From: Vicugna vicugna
Lineage: Eukaryota
Assembly (NCBI GenBank): GCA_013265495.1
Contig: MU058658.1
Coordinates: forward strand, 247,059 to 311,058
DNA length: 64,000 nucleotides
Direction of reading: 5' to 3'
The position numbers and the translations under genes were made by a program. The notes below the pieces were generated by a model. The model did no database searches. It was not told the origin of the DNA and worked only from the letters and a program-made list of their open reading frames with translations. Of the stretch, positions 14,350-28,160 are shown piece by piece (the first letter of the stretch is position 1; each line of letters opens with the position of its first letter).

Positions 14350-15260
14350 AAGACCGCAGGCACCGCGGGCACGAGACAGGGATACTCATCGTTCCATTTA
14401 AATTCCAAGTCCCAGCTCTCCCAGAAAGGAAGAGTACGTCGTCACCTGCTGGAAACGTCGGAGGACGCGGCGCTGTCCCGGGTGACCACGGAAATCCGGG
14501 CGCGTCCCCTTTAAGAAGAGCGTTGACACTCCGGGACGCCGTTCCCGCCCCCGACCTTTCTCCCGCTACCGGGGCGAACCGGAAACGAGCCCTCCCCTAG
14601 TTGGACGCCAGGCACAAACCCCCTTACCCAGAAGTCTGTGCCCGGCGCATCCGCGCTCCGCCAATGACAGCCCGCAAGATGGGCGTTTCCTGCCACCCGT
14701 GCCGACAGAGGCGGGGCTTCCGCCGTCGCCGTTGTGACGTCTTTCGCTAGCGCCGGGACTGTCCACAGAGGCTGGAGAGGCTGGGAGTCCAGGACCGGTC
14801 CACTTTTCACACGGCTCTTCCGAACCGAACAGGGAAGGACGGTAAAAAGGATAGGACCTCCTCCGCGCGTTTGTCACGATCCATGACCCCTGTCGTGGGA
14901 CGGGCCGCCTTGCGCGGAGGTGTCCGGCGGGGCTGCGCCCTCCCCGAGGCCTTGGCACCGGCGCTCCGTCCTGGTCCGGCCCCGGAGGCGGCGCCCTGAG
15001 TTTTGTGCGCGTTTTCACACGGGGGAGCCTGGGGCTCGAAGTGCGACCGTCATCCCGAGGTCGCCCCGCGCAGTGAACGTGTGGTGGTTTGGCTACTCCC
15101 GCAGAGCCCGCTCCGTTCCCCAGCTTCTTACGACCGGGTTCTGCTCACTGGATCCCATGGCGGCCGCGGCGCTTATGGACCGGGCTCAGGTGAGCGGAGG
15201 GTCCTTCGAGCCCTCACCGACTCAGATGGAGGGGACGGTGTGTCACCGCTTCCTCTTCGT
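14350..15260 (+). promoter_or_regulatory. ZNF304: CpG island promoter of ZNF304
   Basis: CpG-dense with GC boxes, CCAAT and CCGGAA; contains coding exon 1. Confidence 0.85.
15157..15189 (+). CDS. ZNF304: ZNF304 coding exon 1 (MAAAALMDRAQ)
   Basis: cccATGG start, donor GTGAGC at 15190. Resembles the recalled human N-terminus MAAAVLMDRVQ. Confidence 0.9.
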
Positions 15261-16216
15261 CGCTCTTTCTCTTGAGTATAAAAGGAAGTCATTCACAGCG
15301 GATAAATGGCGAGGTTCCCATTCCCAGCATTGATGGGATGAGGCGTGAAATTTTCCAAGGCACAGGAGCCAGTTGGTACCAATATTGGCGGTGAGAATGA
15401 ATTAGGAGTGTTCCAGAAACAGATCTCTTAAGTTTGGTGAGAACAGAGAACTCGCGGTCTGGGATCAGGCCTGGAATGGCAGCCTGAGGAGCCGGGCCTC
15501 TGTTCTGGGGGTGGTGGGAGCCACGGCAGGTTTGTAACAGAGAAGGGAGGTGATCTGATTAGGTGTTAACAGGCGGGAGCGTTAACTGGCTGCAGAGTGG
15601 AAAGTTTAGGGGAAGCCTGCGGTGGGCAGGGAGACCAGGATGGAGTCTACTGCAACAGACCAGGTAAGTGTGATGGTGAGTGGACCAGAGTGGTGGCAGT
15701 GGAGGTTAGAGAAGTGTATGGATTTTGTATATGTTTTTAAAGTAGGACCCAGGGGGATTTTCTGATGAGACACGGTGACATTCTGGGACTCTTCACCTGT
15801 CCCTCCCTCTGCACTTGAGCCTGCGGGCCTTAAAGATGGGGTCCTTTCTAGCCCAGCATCCTGCATCTGGGTCAAAGGTTATATGAGGAGGATCCTACTT
15901 CTGTCAATAGACTGAGGACTGGAAGGGTGTATTAGACCCAGGAACAGCATGTGCGAATGCTTGGAGGTAAGATTGAGGTGGGAGTCCTCAAGGAACCACT
16001 AGTCTAAATGATGTCTGTCAGGAGTCAGACCAGGACCAGGAGTCAGTCAAGAAAGGCAGGCTGAGGGTCTGAGCCTCTGTTCTGAGGGGACTGAAAGACA
16101 TCGAGGATTTGGAGCAGAAGAGAGAGGTGATCTGACTCAGATCTTAACGGGCTCCCTCTGGCTGCCCTCTGGTTGAGATCAGAGTGTGTGTGTGAAGGAG
16201 GAGCCTGCTGTGGTAG

Positions 16217-16293
16217 TTCACGAAGTGTTGGTAGTGGCTGTGGAAATGAGAGAAATTCACGAAGTGTTGGTAGTGGCTGTGGAAATGAGAGAA
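16217..16293. repeat. 39-bp tandem duplication within L2-like intronic sequence
   Basis: TTCACGAAGTGTTGGTAGTGGCTGTGGAAATGAGAGAA occurs twice. Confidence 0.9.
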
Positions 16294-16884
16294 GTAGGCG
16301 GAGTTTGTAGCTGTTTATGTAGGGGGACTGGATTTTCAGATGTGATAGGTAAATGAATGAAAGGGTCACAGACGACCCCAAGTTTTCTTTTTTACCTTAT
16401 ATGGAAGGGCGATGGAAATGCATCAGCTGAGATGGGGCGGGTCAGTGGCAGGAGTGGTTTTCAGTGGCTATATTGGGAGTTAAGCTTTCATCATGTTTAG
16501 TTTAAGAAGACCCCCACGAGACCCCTTAGTTGAGGCTGGACACAGGTCTTTAGTTCTGGGGAGGGGTTCTGGTTGAAGAGGTTCAAACTGGTGGCCAGTG
16601 TGTGAAGTGGGCTGGAGCTGTGGGTTAAATTGAGGGAGTATCTTGTCATGGTGGCAGTGCCATTAATGAGAAACTGGGAACTAAGGATGGGGTCTTTTGC
16701 TTAGGCACCTGGGTGGCAGTAGTGCCTGTCATGAAGACATGTGAGTACTTCCTGGATACTGTGTGCAGAGTGGCTTCGTGGGTAGGGGCTGCCTTGGAGG
16801 TGCATATGGTGTGGACCAGAGGTTGTCAGTGGTAATGGGTGGGGGGTCTGAGATAGAAGAAAGTGTGGTTCAGAGTGATGTAGA

Positions 16885-17020
16885 GGGGAGGGTATAACTC
16901 AGGAGTAGAGTGTGTGCTTGGCATACACAAAGTCTTGGGTTTAATCCCCAGCACCTCCTCTAAAATTAAATGAATAAGTAAACCTAATTACCTCCCCGCA
17001 AAAAAGTTAAAAGAAAAAAA
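16885..17020 (+). mobile_element. tRNA-derived SINE
   Basis: GGGGAGGGTATAACTCAGG head, B-box-like GGGTTTAATCCC, A-rich tail. Confidence 0.85.
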
Positions 17021-17303
17021 AAGAACGATGTGTATGTTAGGAGGAGTGTGATCTAATGCTGATAGGAAAGTGTCTGGTGCCCTTCTTGCCAGACCCATAG
17101 CTTACATAGTATCTGTCTGCCCACCTGCTTGGCTCTGCTCTGGGCAATCAGGGAGACATGAGGTGAGAACAGGCACTAGTGGTGTCAAGGCTTGCATCGC
17201 GCCTGACGTGGGTGGCGGGGGGAGGATAGGGACCAGGGGTGGGTAGGTGAGTGGTTAGACTGGGGAGTCCTGTTATCTGTGGGCTCAACTGTCCCCATCA
17301 TGA

Positions 17304-18015
<712 letters not shown>

Positions 18016-19217
18016 CCCCAGGCCCTCACACCCGCTCCAGCGTGGTCATTCCCTAGCTCCCCGGGGGCAGCTCTCTCTGTCCAGCCGATCACTGACTCTT
18101 CTCTCTCTCTTCTCTGGTTCCCAGAGGAGGTCCTGGGGCTGGGCCCTGTGTAATGTCTCCTGCCCCGCTGGGTAGTCCCAGCACCTGCTGCCCAGAGCCT
18201 TTCAGGAGAAGGTTAGGAGTCCAGGGCTCTTTGAGTCCCGTTAACAGACTCCGCGTGGCTTGGGCCCTTCCAGCTTCTGGCCTCATCCCAGAGCTGGCAT
18301 TTCTTGGGGCCTGACGATGCCAGGAATTGTAGGTACTGACACAGTCGCTGCTTGTGGAGGTCACAGGGACATTCTGCCAAATCGTCCTTCGAGGTTTGTT
18401 GGGTTGTTTGTTTTGACATTTTTTTTTTCCTTCTCTGTGGGATGGGTCTGTCTGGGCCACTCATCTGCCCTGTGTTTTCTTTCCATCTTCCACATCCCGT
18501 GGGGTTGTCCACTTGGAGAGGGGCAGAACGCCCCAGGCTAGCCCCAGTTCCAGCCACAGAGAGAGAGGCCAGGCAGGGGGGCTGGGCCGGCCTCGTGGGA
18601 GCCGAGAGAGAGTCATCCGAGGGCTGGGTTCACATCGTGCCTTTGACCCGCTTTGTGTTCCCCGGGTTTTCCTGCCAAGGCCTGGAGCAGCCCCTTACAT
18701 TCACTTTTCCTTCCCCATTCTTGGCACTTGGCCCACTTGACACTTCTGTCCTGTCTTCCAACCCTTGGCAGTTTCCCCACCTCTCGGTTCTCACTCATTC
18801 TCCTCTGCTCCAACATTGGTTATTTTAACGTGTCATAAGCTGTGCACATATCCTTACGTAGCCCTGTGGAACCAGCTACTTACTTACAGTCAGATTTTCC
18901 CAGGCCTGGACACACTCTTCTGCACAGAGCTCGCCTGACACCAGCAGCCAAGGCCCTGCTGAAACCCTTTTGTAGAGGAGTGAGTTGGAGACCTGGCCTC
19001 CACTCTGTGTCTCCACTACACCACCACTGTGTCTTTACCCATCACTAGAGTTTGTCCGTACTGTGATCTTCTGGGGTCCAGGTCCCCGATCCCAGCTCCC
19101 TCACCCTGCCAGAAGCCAGGGGACTCCTTCATTGGTGTGTCACACATACCTATGTGATGGAATTGCTGCTTCCCACCAAAGTCACCATGTGCTTCACTAG
19201 CATTTCTTTGCTTTCAG

Positions 19218-21028
19218 GTTGTTGGTGTGAAGCAGACAATGAGGAGGCCCCTTCCAAGCAGAGCGTTTTTGTAGAAGGAGTGTCCGAGCTCAGGACTCCT
19301 GAGTCCTGCCCATTTTTCCAGAAAGCCCACCCGTGTGAGATATGTGACCCACTCTTGAAAGACATTTTGCACCTGGCTGAACACCAGGGATCGTACCCAG
19401 CACAGAAACTGTACACATGGGACCCCTGTGGGAGAGGATCCTTATTCAGTGAAAACCTTTATCAGCACCACACACAATACGGTGGGAAGAAACCTTTCAG
19501 AGGGGATGGTGGTGGGGCCTCACTTGGGAAGAGGTGTGCTGTCCACGTGTTAGGGAGACCCTTTACTTGCAGGGAGGAAGGGATGGACTTGCCAGATGGC
19601 TCTGGCCTCTTCCAGCACCAGAACATTCACAGTGGAATGAGTCCATGCGGAAGGACTGAGTTCCTGGAGTCTTTTCCGGCCAGCTCCCATCTTGGGCCAC
19701 ACGCGGGAGACCAAGCAGAGCTGATGCTTTTCAACTGCAGTGACAATGGAAGAGCCCTCCTGAACACCTTCACTTTCCTTGACAACCAGATAACTCAGAC
19801 CCAATTGAGAGCCTTTAGGTGCCTGCCATGTGGAAATCTGTCCAAGGAGAAATCAGCTCTCACTCATAGTGGAGAAACATCACATGTGTGTAAGGAGTGT
19901 GGAAAGGCCTTCATTCATCTGTCTCACCTAAAAATGCACCAGAAGTTTCACACTGGAAAAAGACATTACACGTGCAGTGACTGTGGGAAGGTCTTTAGCC
20001 GCAAAGATACGCTTGTTCAGCACCAGAGAGTCCACACAGGGGAAAGATCTTATGACTGCAGTGAATGTGGGAAAGCCTACAGCAGAAGCTCCCACCTTAT
20101 TCAGCACCAGAGAATCCACACTGGAGAAAGGCCTTATAAGTGCAGTGAATGTGGAAAAGCCTTCAGCCGCAAAGACACCCTCGTTCAGCACCAGAGATTT
20201 CACACTGGAGAGAGGCCTTACGAGTGCAGTGAATGTGGGAAATTCTTTAGCCAGAGCTCCCACCTGATTGAGCACTGGAGAATCCATACAGGGGCAAGGC
20301 CTTACGAGTGCATCGAATGTGGGAAGTTCTTTAGCCATAACTCCAGCCTCATTAAACATCGGAGAGTCCACACAGGGGCACGGTCTTATGTGTGCAGCAA
20401 ATGTGGGAAGGCTTTCGGCTGCAAAGACACACTCGTTCAGCACCAGATAATTCACACTGGAGCAAGGCCCTATGAGTGCAGCGAATGTGGAAAGGCCTTC
20501 AGCCGTAAAGACACACTTGTTCAGCACCAGAAAATCCACACTGGAGAAAGGCCTTACGAGTGTGGGGAATGTGGAAAATTCTTCAGCCATAGCTCCAACC
20601 TTATTGTGCACCAGAGAGTTCACACTGGAGCGAAGCCTTACGAGTGCAGTGAATGTGGGAAATGCTTTAGCCACAACTCCAGCCTCATTCTCCACCAGAG
20701 AGTTCATACTGGGGCCAGGCCTTACGTGTGCAGTGAGTGTGGAAAAGCTTACATTAGTAGTTCCCACCTTGTGCAACACAAGAAAGTTCACACTGGAGCA
20801 AGACCTTACGAGTGCAGTGAGTGTGGAAAATTCTTTAGCCGCAACTCTAGCCTCATTCTACACCAGAGGGTTCACACTGGAGAAAAGCCTTACGTGTGCA
20901 GTGAATGCGGGAAAGCCTACAGCAGAACCTCCCACCTTGTTCGGCACCAGAAAGTTCATGTGGGGGAGCGGCCTCATGAGTGCAGCAGTTTAGGAGGCCC
21001 TCTAGCTGCATCTCTTGAACTTGTTTAA
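19218..21028 (+). CDS. ZNF304: ZNF304 coding exon 3 (spacer and 13 C2H2 fingers)
   Basis: Acceptor ttcag|GT-TGT-TGG, open to TAA at 21028. Finger helices ([30 protein letters not shown]) and C-terminus [11 protein letters not shown] match recalled human ZNF304. Spliced CDS is 1971 nt = 656 aa. Confidence 0.95.
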
Positions 21029-21107
21029 CACCCACAAAGTTCACACTAGAGAAAGGCCTTATGAATGCAGAAAATGTGCTGTGTTTTTGTTCAAGATGGT
21101 AGGACTG

Positions 21108-21270
21108 GTGGAGGGTGTAGCTCAGCGGTGGAGCATGTGCTTACTTAGCATACACAAGGTGCTGGGTTCCATCCCCAGTACCTCTGTTAAAATTAAAAAA
21201 AATAAGTAAAAGCCCAATTACCTCCCCACCCCACAAAATAGAAACAAGATTTAAAAAAAAAAAAACAAAA
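21108..21270 (+). mobile_element. SINE in the ZNF304 3' UTR
   Basis: SINE head GGAGGGTGTAGCTCAGCGG with A-rich tail. Confidence 0.85.
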
Positions 21271-22789
21271 AACGATAGGACTGACACCAGAGCAAAGCTC
21301 TGTGAGGGCCCCGGGGGAAGGAGCCAGCAGCCAACAGGTCAACCTTGTACGTGCGTCCATCCGTCCTGGGGAGACTCCCAATAAGACCACGCAGGTGAGA
21401 AGCTTTCATGAGGCGCATTGCACTTTCTAAACTGTCCAAGGCTCTTGACAGTTACATGACTGCCAGTGCCCATGGCGGAAGCCTCGTTGCACCAGCTGTT
21501 AACGTTCTCACGGTGCCTGTCAGTTACGCCAACATGCACGACATTACGCCTGTTCTCTCTCTCCTGTTCCCTGGAGAGGATCATGAATGTTCTGAGTCCA
21601 TTGAAGGTCCTCGTTTCCTCCCCCGTGACCAGGTTCTGAGTGACTGTGATCAAGCTCTGGCTGAAAGGATCTGAACTGGATTCTGCTGGGGATTTCCAGA
21701 CAAGATTTCCCTTCTTCATGGACAGTGTTGACTGTCATCATGACAGCTGTGACTTGTTTTTCCTGCTTCCAAAGCACTCGACTTTGGAACTACCTGCCCC
21801 CTGCTGCTCTGGTTCCTGTAGTGATAAAGGCCTGTCTCTGCCATCCTCACTCTTGGGAGGTCGGCTCACTGTGTATAATGGATTGAGGAAAAATCGGTTT
21901 CTGCCAACACAAAGGGAGGAACACCTTTTGTCGGCACCAACCTGATGTGCCTCAAAGGGCACAGTAGGGTGGCAGGGAACAGATTTCAGTCTAGTTTGGC
22001 CTGTGTTGCATTGTTGCCCAAGGCTTGCTAGAAAAGACTGAAGAGCTCTGTGCATCTGATCCCATTGCCTGGAAGTCAGGATCTCCTGTGAGCCCAGAGT
22101 TCCTTCTGAGGAGGGCGTAGTTGGTGTGAAAGTCTCCAGTGCTTCTGGAAGCAACACGAATCGGGTCCTCTGTTCCTCAGGAGTGTCCCACATGCCCCAG
22201 CACTTTGGAGGGATCTCTGTTCCTGGACCTGTATGGGAGCCAGTCCCCGATGTCCAGAAGCCCGTAGGCTGGTATCAGTGATTGGAAGGTGAAGGACAAG
22301 GTGGGAATCACAGCTGGTGTAGAAGCACTGAGGTCACAGCGTTGGGGTGACTGGCTAATGAGAGGATGCTGTCTGCTCTAAAGCAGGCATCTCTAACTGG
22401 GTGATTTCAGCTGTGTGGCATGAAGGTGTACAGAAGGTCTCAGGACCTTCAGGCATCTCGATCTCCTGTGGCCAATGCCACTGTCAGAGTAAATAATCTG
22501 AAGATTTGCAGATTCGAGTACCTGCCTGGGCTATTGGTGTAATGGCCATCACTGCCCCGGGCAGAACCCCAGCACTGACAGAAGAGAGGGCCTTCTCTGA
22601 CCCAGCCAGCATGCCAGGTGACTGAAGTGGACGTGGACTTCACTGCTCTCCAGTTTTTACTGATACAGAGGCAGGGCTCACCCTCCCGAATTGTGGGGAG
22701 AGGGATATGGTAGAACCAGAGCAGTTGATCGATGGTACTTTTCAGAAGGAGAGGTAGATACGGACTTTTATGGGGAACATTTAGTTCTT

Positions 22790-25030
22790 AGCAGCTTTAT
22801 TGAGATATGGTGACATGAATAAACCTCACATGTGTAAAGTGTAAAACATGTTATGTTTCAGCATGGGTACATATGGATGAAACCATCCCCACAATCAAAA
22901 TGAAGCTATCCAACACAACCAAGAGTCCCTGTGTCCCTTTATAGTCCTTTCCTCCCATCCTTTCTAAGCTCCATTCCCACAGTTCACAAGTAATAGCAAG
23001 CATTTTCTAGAATTTCACATAAACAGAGTCATGTGGTAGGTAATTTCTGGGGAGTGGGGACTGGTATTTTTCACTAACCATAACTGTTTCAAGATGAATC
23101 CATTTGTTGCATGTATCAACAGTTAGCGCATCTGTATCATGGAGTATTATTCCACTGTGTGGGTATGCCACAGCTGGTTTTTTATCCATTCAGCTGTCAG
23201 TGGGTATTTGGGTTGTTTCCAATTTTGAGCTGTTACAAATAAAGCTGCTATAAAGATTTGTGTACTGAATAATATTCCATTGTATGGATGTACCACAGTT
23301 TGTTTATCCATTCACTGACTGAAGAACATCTTGATTGCTTCCAAGTTTTGGCACTTATGAATAAACCTGCCATATGCATTATCTGTATAGGTTTCGTGTG
23401 GAGGTTTTGTTCTAGTGATTTTCAATTCATTTGGGGTCAAGTCAAGGAGCATGGTTTGCTGTGTCATATGATAAGTTTGTTTAGTTCTGTAAGAGACTGT
23501 CTTCCAAAGTGGCGGTATCATTTTACATTCCCATCAGCAATGGGTGAGAGTTCCTGTTGCTTCATGTCCTCATCAGCATTTGGTGTTCTCAGTGTTTTGG
23601 ATTTTTACCATTCAAATAGTTGTGTACTAATAGTATGCTCTTATTGCTTTAATTTGCAATTCCCTGATGACGTATGATGAATATCTTTTCACATTCTTGT
23701 AACGGTTTCTTTGGCAGAGCAGAGATTTTAAATTTTAGTGAAGTCCAAATTACTGAGCTTTCCTTTGATGGATTGTGTTTTTGGTGTTGTATCTTAAAAA
23801 GTCATTGCCAAACTTAAGATCACCTACATTGTCTTCTGTGTTACCTTCTAGGTGTGTTATACTTTTGTGATAAAATATTTGTGAAAGGTGTAAGATCTGT
23901 GTCTGGATCACTTTTAAACATGAGGATGTCTAATAGTTCCAGCACTATTTGTTGAAAAGATTATCCTTTCTCCATTGAATTGCCTTTGCTCCCTTTTTAA
24001 AAATCAGTTGACTGTATTTGTGTGGGTCTATTTCTAGACCCTCTGTTCCAGTGTTTTCCATTTATTGGGATGATCTTTGTGTGGCTGTTTTTTTGTTGCT
24101 GCTGTTGTCTTTTATTTATACAGTATATCCCATTAATTGACACCCAGATGTTAAACTAAACTTGCATTTCCCGGGACGGATCCCACTGGATCATGATGTA
24201 TAGGTTGCTGAGTCCGGTTTCTGACACTTTGTTAATCAGTATATTTCGCATCTATATAGATGCGCAGTAATAGGTTTGTAGATTTCTTTTCTTGTGATAC
24301 TGACTTTGCTACCAGAGTAATTCTGAGCTCAGAATAAGTTGGGAAGTGCTTCCTCCTCCTCTCCTTATTTTCTAGAAACATTTTTGAAGGATTAATGATA
24401 CTTCTTTTTTAAATGTTTGCTAGAATTCCTTAGTGAAGGCATCTAAGTCTGGAATTTTCTTGGCAGAAGATTTTTGATAAAAATAACTTAATGTGCCTCT
24501 ATATAAATTTTCTACTTAAGTCACATTTGATAATTTGTGTCTTTCTAGGAATTTGTCCACTTTAACTAGATTTTCTCATTTGGGAGGAGGATGTTTATAG
24601 TATTCCATTATAGCACTGAATTTCTGGAGGCCCAGTAGTGTCCTCATTCTTGATTTTGTTGATTTGTTGTCTTCTTGTCAGCCAACCTAAAATTTTTATT
24701 CATCTTTTGAAAGAACTGGCTTTTTTTGGTTTCACTGATTTTTAAAAAAATGTTTTTTCTGTCTCAGTGAGTTTTGTTCTAATCTTTATGGGCCTCCTTT
24801 TTCATCCTTGCTTTAGTGTTGGTTTGGTCTTATTCTCCAGGTTTCTTCACATCGAAGGTTAGGCTGTTGACATTTTTCTCCTTTTGTAATAAGCTGGCTA
24901 AAGCCATACATGTCCCTCTAATTATTTAATTTAGCTGTGTCACGTCAGCTCTTCGATGTAGCATCTTTATTTGCATGTAGTTCAAAATACTTGTTTTTAA
25001 CGTTTCCCTTGTAACTTCTCCTTTTACCCA
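22790..25030 (-). mobile_element. Old L1 fragments
   Basis: T-rich L1-antisense motifs such as TATTCCATTGTATGGATGTACCACAGTTTGTTTATCCATTCA. Confidence 0.85.
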
Positions 25031-25263
25031 TCAGATATCTGGCGATGTGTGGTTCATTGTCTCTCCTGATCAGATTTTCAGGGACAGTATCACACAGCAG
25101 GACGGATGCTCTTAAGTCTTCAGTCAGTGGCCCAAGTGTTACTGTTGAAATGGAGGAAATCCGTGGGTTGTTTGAAATACCTTCCACTCGGAGGAAGAGA
25201 CTGAGCTAAGCCATTGGTGTTTAATGTAGAAAGAGTAGCCTCCATCCATACCTACCAGGAATT

Positions 25264-28160
25264 GTTACCGAATTTAGGTTCGGCTGGTTGCAGCTCAACA
25301 GCCAGTACATGAGAGGCAAGTGTTGGTAGAAAGGAAAGTTGCTGTAATCGGAAAAGCCGGCAGTCTGGGGGGTAGGTGGAAGCATATCCCAAGGCTAACT
25401 CCGAAGATTCTGCTCAGCCATGACCATTTTTAAAGGGGAAAAGGGGGAAGAATCTCAGCGAATCATCGAGGCAGGAGGTCGGGATCTGCACCACTCTCAG
25501 TGGCATGCAGACTGGCTGACTCTTCAGACGTGATCTTCCCACATGGCCTGCCTGCAGGATTGCTAAGGGGGCTGTTGTGGGTAGAGAACTCATCATTGTT
25601 GGGCCATTGACTGAAAACTTGAGAGCGTTTTACCCTCCTGCTCTGTGATACCATCCCTGCAAGTTTGATAGTGAGAGACTTACTAAACCACACATTGCCA
25701 AATATCCTATGGGTAAAAGGAGAAATTACAAGGGGATTACAAGGCCCACCAGACCAGAGACTCATACAAGCAACCTGATTCCTGAAACTGTGACTCAGAA
25801 ACGTCACAAGGTGATGGTTAGCCCTGGCTTCTTTGTTCTTCTCCTTTAAAAACCCTAACTCAAAGGCCAAGTTGGAGTGGATCTGAGACTTGTCTCCCAC
25901 TCCCTTGTTTAACGCCCTGCAGGAAACCCTTACTTTACTGCAGACACCCAGTGTCAGCTTGGCTTCTGCACAGCGGGTAGAGTAGGGAAGGAGGTGCTGA
26001 GGAGAGAGATCAGAGGATGAGGCGGGAAGACAGCTGGCTGTGGGCAGCAGCCGGAGGACAGAGAGATGGAGGACCTCCTAGGGGATGAGTCTCCTTTGTT
26101 GCTGCTGAAGCTTGTCGACTTGGTCGTTAGCTTTGGCCAAAGAATCTTTTAGTGGTGTAATTTTTATTTCAGAATTTAATTTGGAGGCCTCTGCATATTA
26201 ATAAACAATACTATCCTTTGGGCCTGAGAATTCTTATTTTCAAAGGTACCTTTCAAATGAACCCTTTTGTTCAAATCAGGTGTCCCCCAGAGTGGCCGTT
26301 GAAAGTCCAAATCATCCTTGGTATAGTTATGCTGCTCAGAAAGACAGGCTAAGAGTCAGGATTGTAACAGGAATATGAAATACAGGAATTTTTCTTGGGA
26401 GAGGAGAGGATTTAGACTGAGACCACCTCAGAGGGCGGGCAGTGGTCAGTAGGAATGTGATGCTTGTGGACCTCAGGCCCCTAACCTGATGGTGGCCATC
26501 TCACTGCACAGCCCCACAGTGGTCCCCTGGCATGTGGATGCCACAGAGAGTACTCTCTCTAGACTATGGCCCAGCTCTCAATACAAAAATCTTAAGTTGG
26601 AAGGAGATCTCATTCGGTTTACTGGTGACCCACAGCAAAGCCTGTCCATGTAGCCTCCAGTCCAGTGAGAACTGCAGACCCGCCTGTCTGTGAGGCTGGC
26701 TTGAACAACAGGATTACAGGGCAGTGCCTGTGTTCCACCCCCTGATTCAGCTTCTTATGACAAACAACACTTTGACAGCACAGAACAAAACACTAGCTCA
26801 GAGGACAGCAAAAGGCATGAGAAGGAAGGCCCTGATTGACCAAGGATCACAAACAACTGGGAACTAACAGCAAAACCCAAGAGTCAAACTGAGAGTGAAA
26901 AGCCAGGAAGCTCAGTACAGAGTAGAGTTCAGGCCCTCTGCTGATTTACCACATCTTCACGATTCAAGTTGCCTTGAGCAGCAAGGCACAAGGGACTTCT
27001 GTGGCTCCTGCCCCTAGTGGAAGGCAGGGCAGACCATGTCTCAGTGGGACCTCCACATAAGCGTAGTAGGCTGTAGCATGGCTTCCACACTGGGCACGTC
27101 CAGTTTATCCTGTCCTTCTGTCCACTGCACATTGACTAGTGTGAACTGGAGGACCGGTGATGCACAGTGTGGAAACTCCTTACACCTGTTACAGTTTTAC
27201 CTTTTTAATCTTTCTCTTAAAAATTATTTTTTCACTTGCTTTGTTACTAGTTGAAGAAGTCATATATCTCTCATGCTTAACTGTTAATAATGTTGGTTTA
27301 CATCTGTCCATCATTTTCAACACTGAATGAACAATTGCATACCAGACAGAGACCTTGAAGAGGGTTTTTACCACATTTACTAAATACCCACTCTTCAGGA
27401 AATTCATCACAAAATGTACACTTGGATTTTGGCATTTTTGTGTTCAGTATGCAGAAAAAACAGATAATACCAACTTCAGCAAGAATAGAAAAATCGCCAT
27501 TTCAGTCTCACATCTGTGTCACTGTCTGTCACAAGTCCAGACTCATAACTAAGTGTTGACAGAGGTTGAACTATTAATAGGTTTGCAAATTTGTGAACTA
27601 ACAATACACTGAACTTGGTATCTGATACCAAAACAAACAGGCAAAAAAGGTGAACTTTCTGTTTGCCTGCAAGGGAGAGTTCTACTTGTCAGACAGTCAC
27701 CCCCAAAAATGCCGGAGCAACTCTCACGTAAGCTTTGGGGAGGGCGGCGCTCAGAAGACGGCAGACCTTCCGAAAGGCGCGTATTTAAGGAAGGATGGGC
27801 TTCCAGGTGTGTTTGTCTGCTCACGCCTGTTGACTTGCAGATTTTCAGGAGCAGGGTTGCTACAGTGAGGCGCTTGCTGATTGGCTGTTACTAAGGGGCT
27901 GGAGCTGTCACTGATTGGCTGTCTTTCAGGCCTGTGGTCTGAACACTGATTGGCTGAATTTTAGCAGCTTGGGGCTGTCAGTCATTTGTTAATGTTCAGA
28001 AGCTTGAGTTTCCTGGGGTGAGGCTGTTGCGGACTGGCTGGCGGTCAGAGGCCATCTGAAGTTATCGCTAATAAACCATAGTTTCTTGCTCAAGACTTTG
28101 GAATTGGGCTAAAGAACAGTCTTTGCCTTTCCTGTTATGAAAAATTAACTCTTTCACAGT
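25264..28160. mobile_element. Cluster of LTR and ERV-internal fragments
   Basis: LTR-like blocks at ~25264-25540, ~25600-25975 and ~27660-28160 (repeated CTGATTGGCTG). Families and boundaries are uncertain. Confidence 0.45.

Noticed and set aside
16885..16960. tRNA-like A/B-box sequences, about ten copies in the window
   Set aside because: SINE heads with A-rich tails, not tRNA genes.
19154..19217. Start of the 624-aa ORF taken as the protein N-terminus
   Set aside because: Intronic read-through upstream of the splice acceptor at 19217/19218.
19880..20970. 84-bp periodic array resembling repeat-spacer structure
   Set aside because: It is the zinc-finger/TGEKP linker period, not CRISPR.
19928..20993. 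Long antisense and alternate-frame ORFs over the ZNF304 fingers (similar ones at 35589-36236 and 47636-48262)
   Set aside because: Expected shadows of repetitive C2H2 codon usage; no independent evidence.
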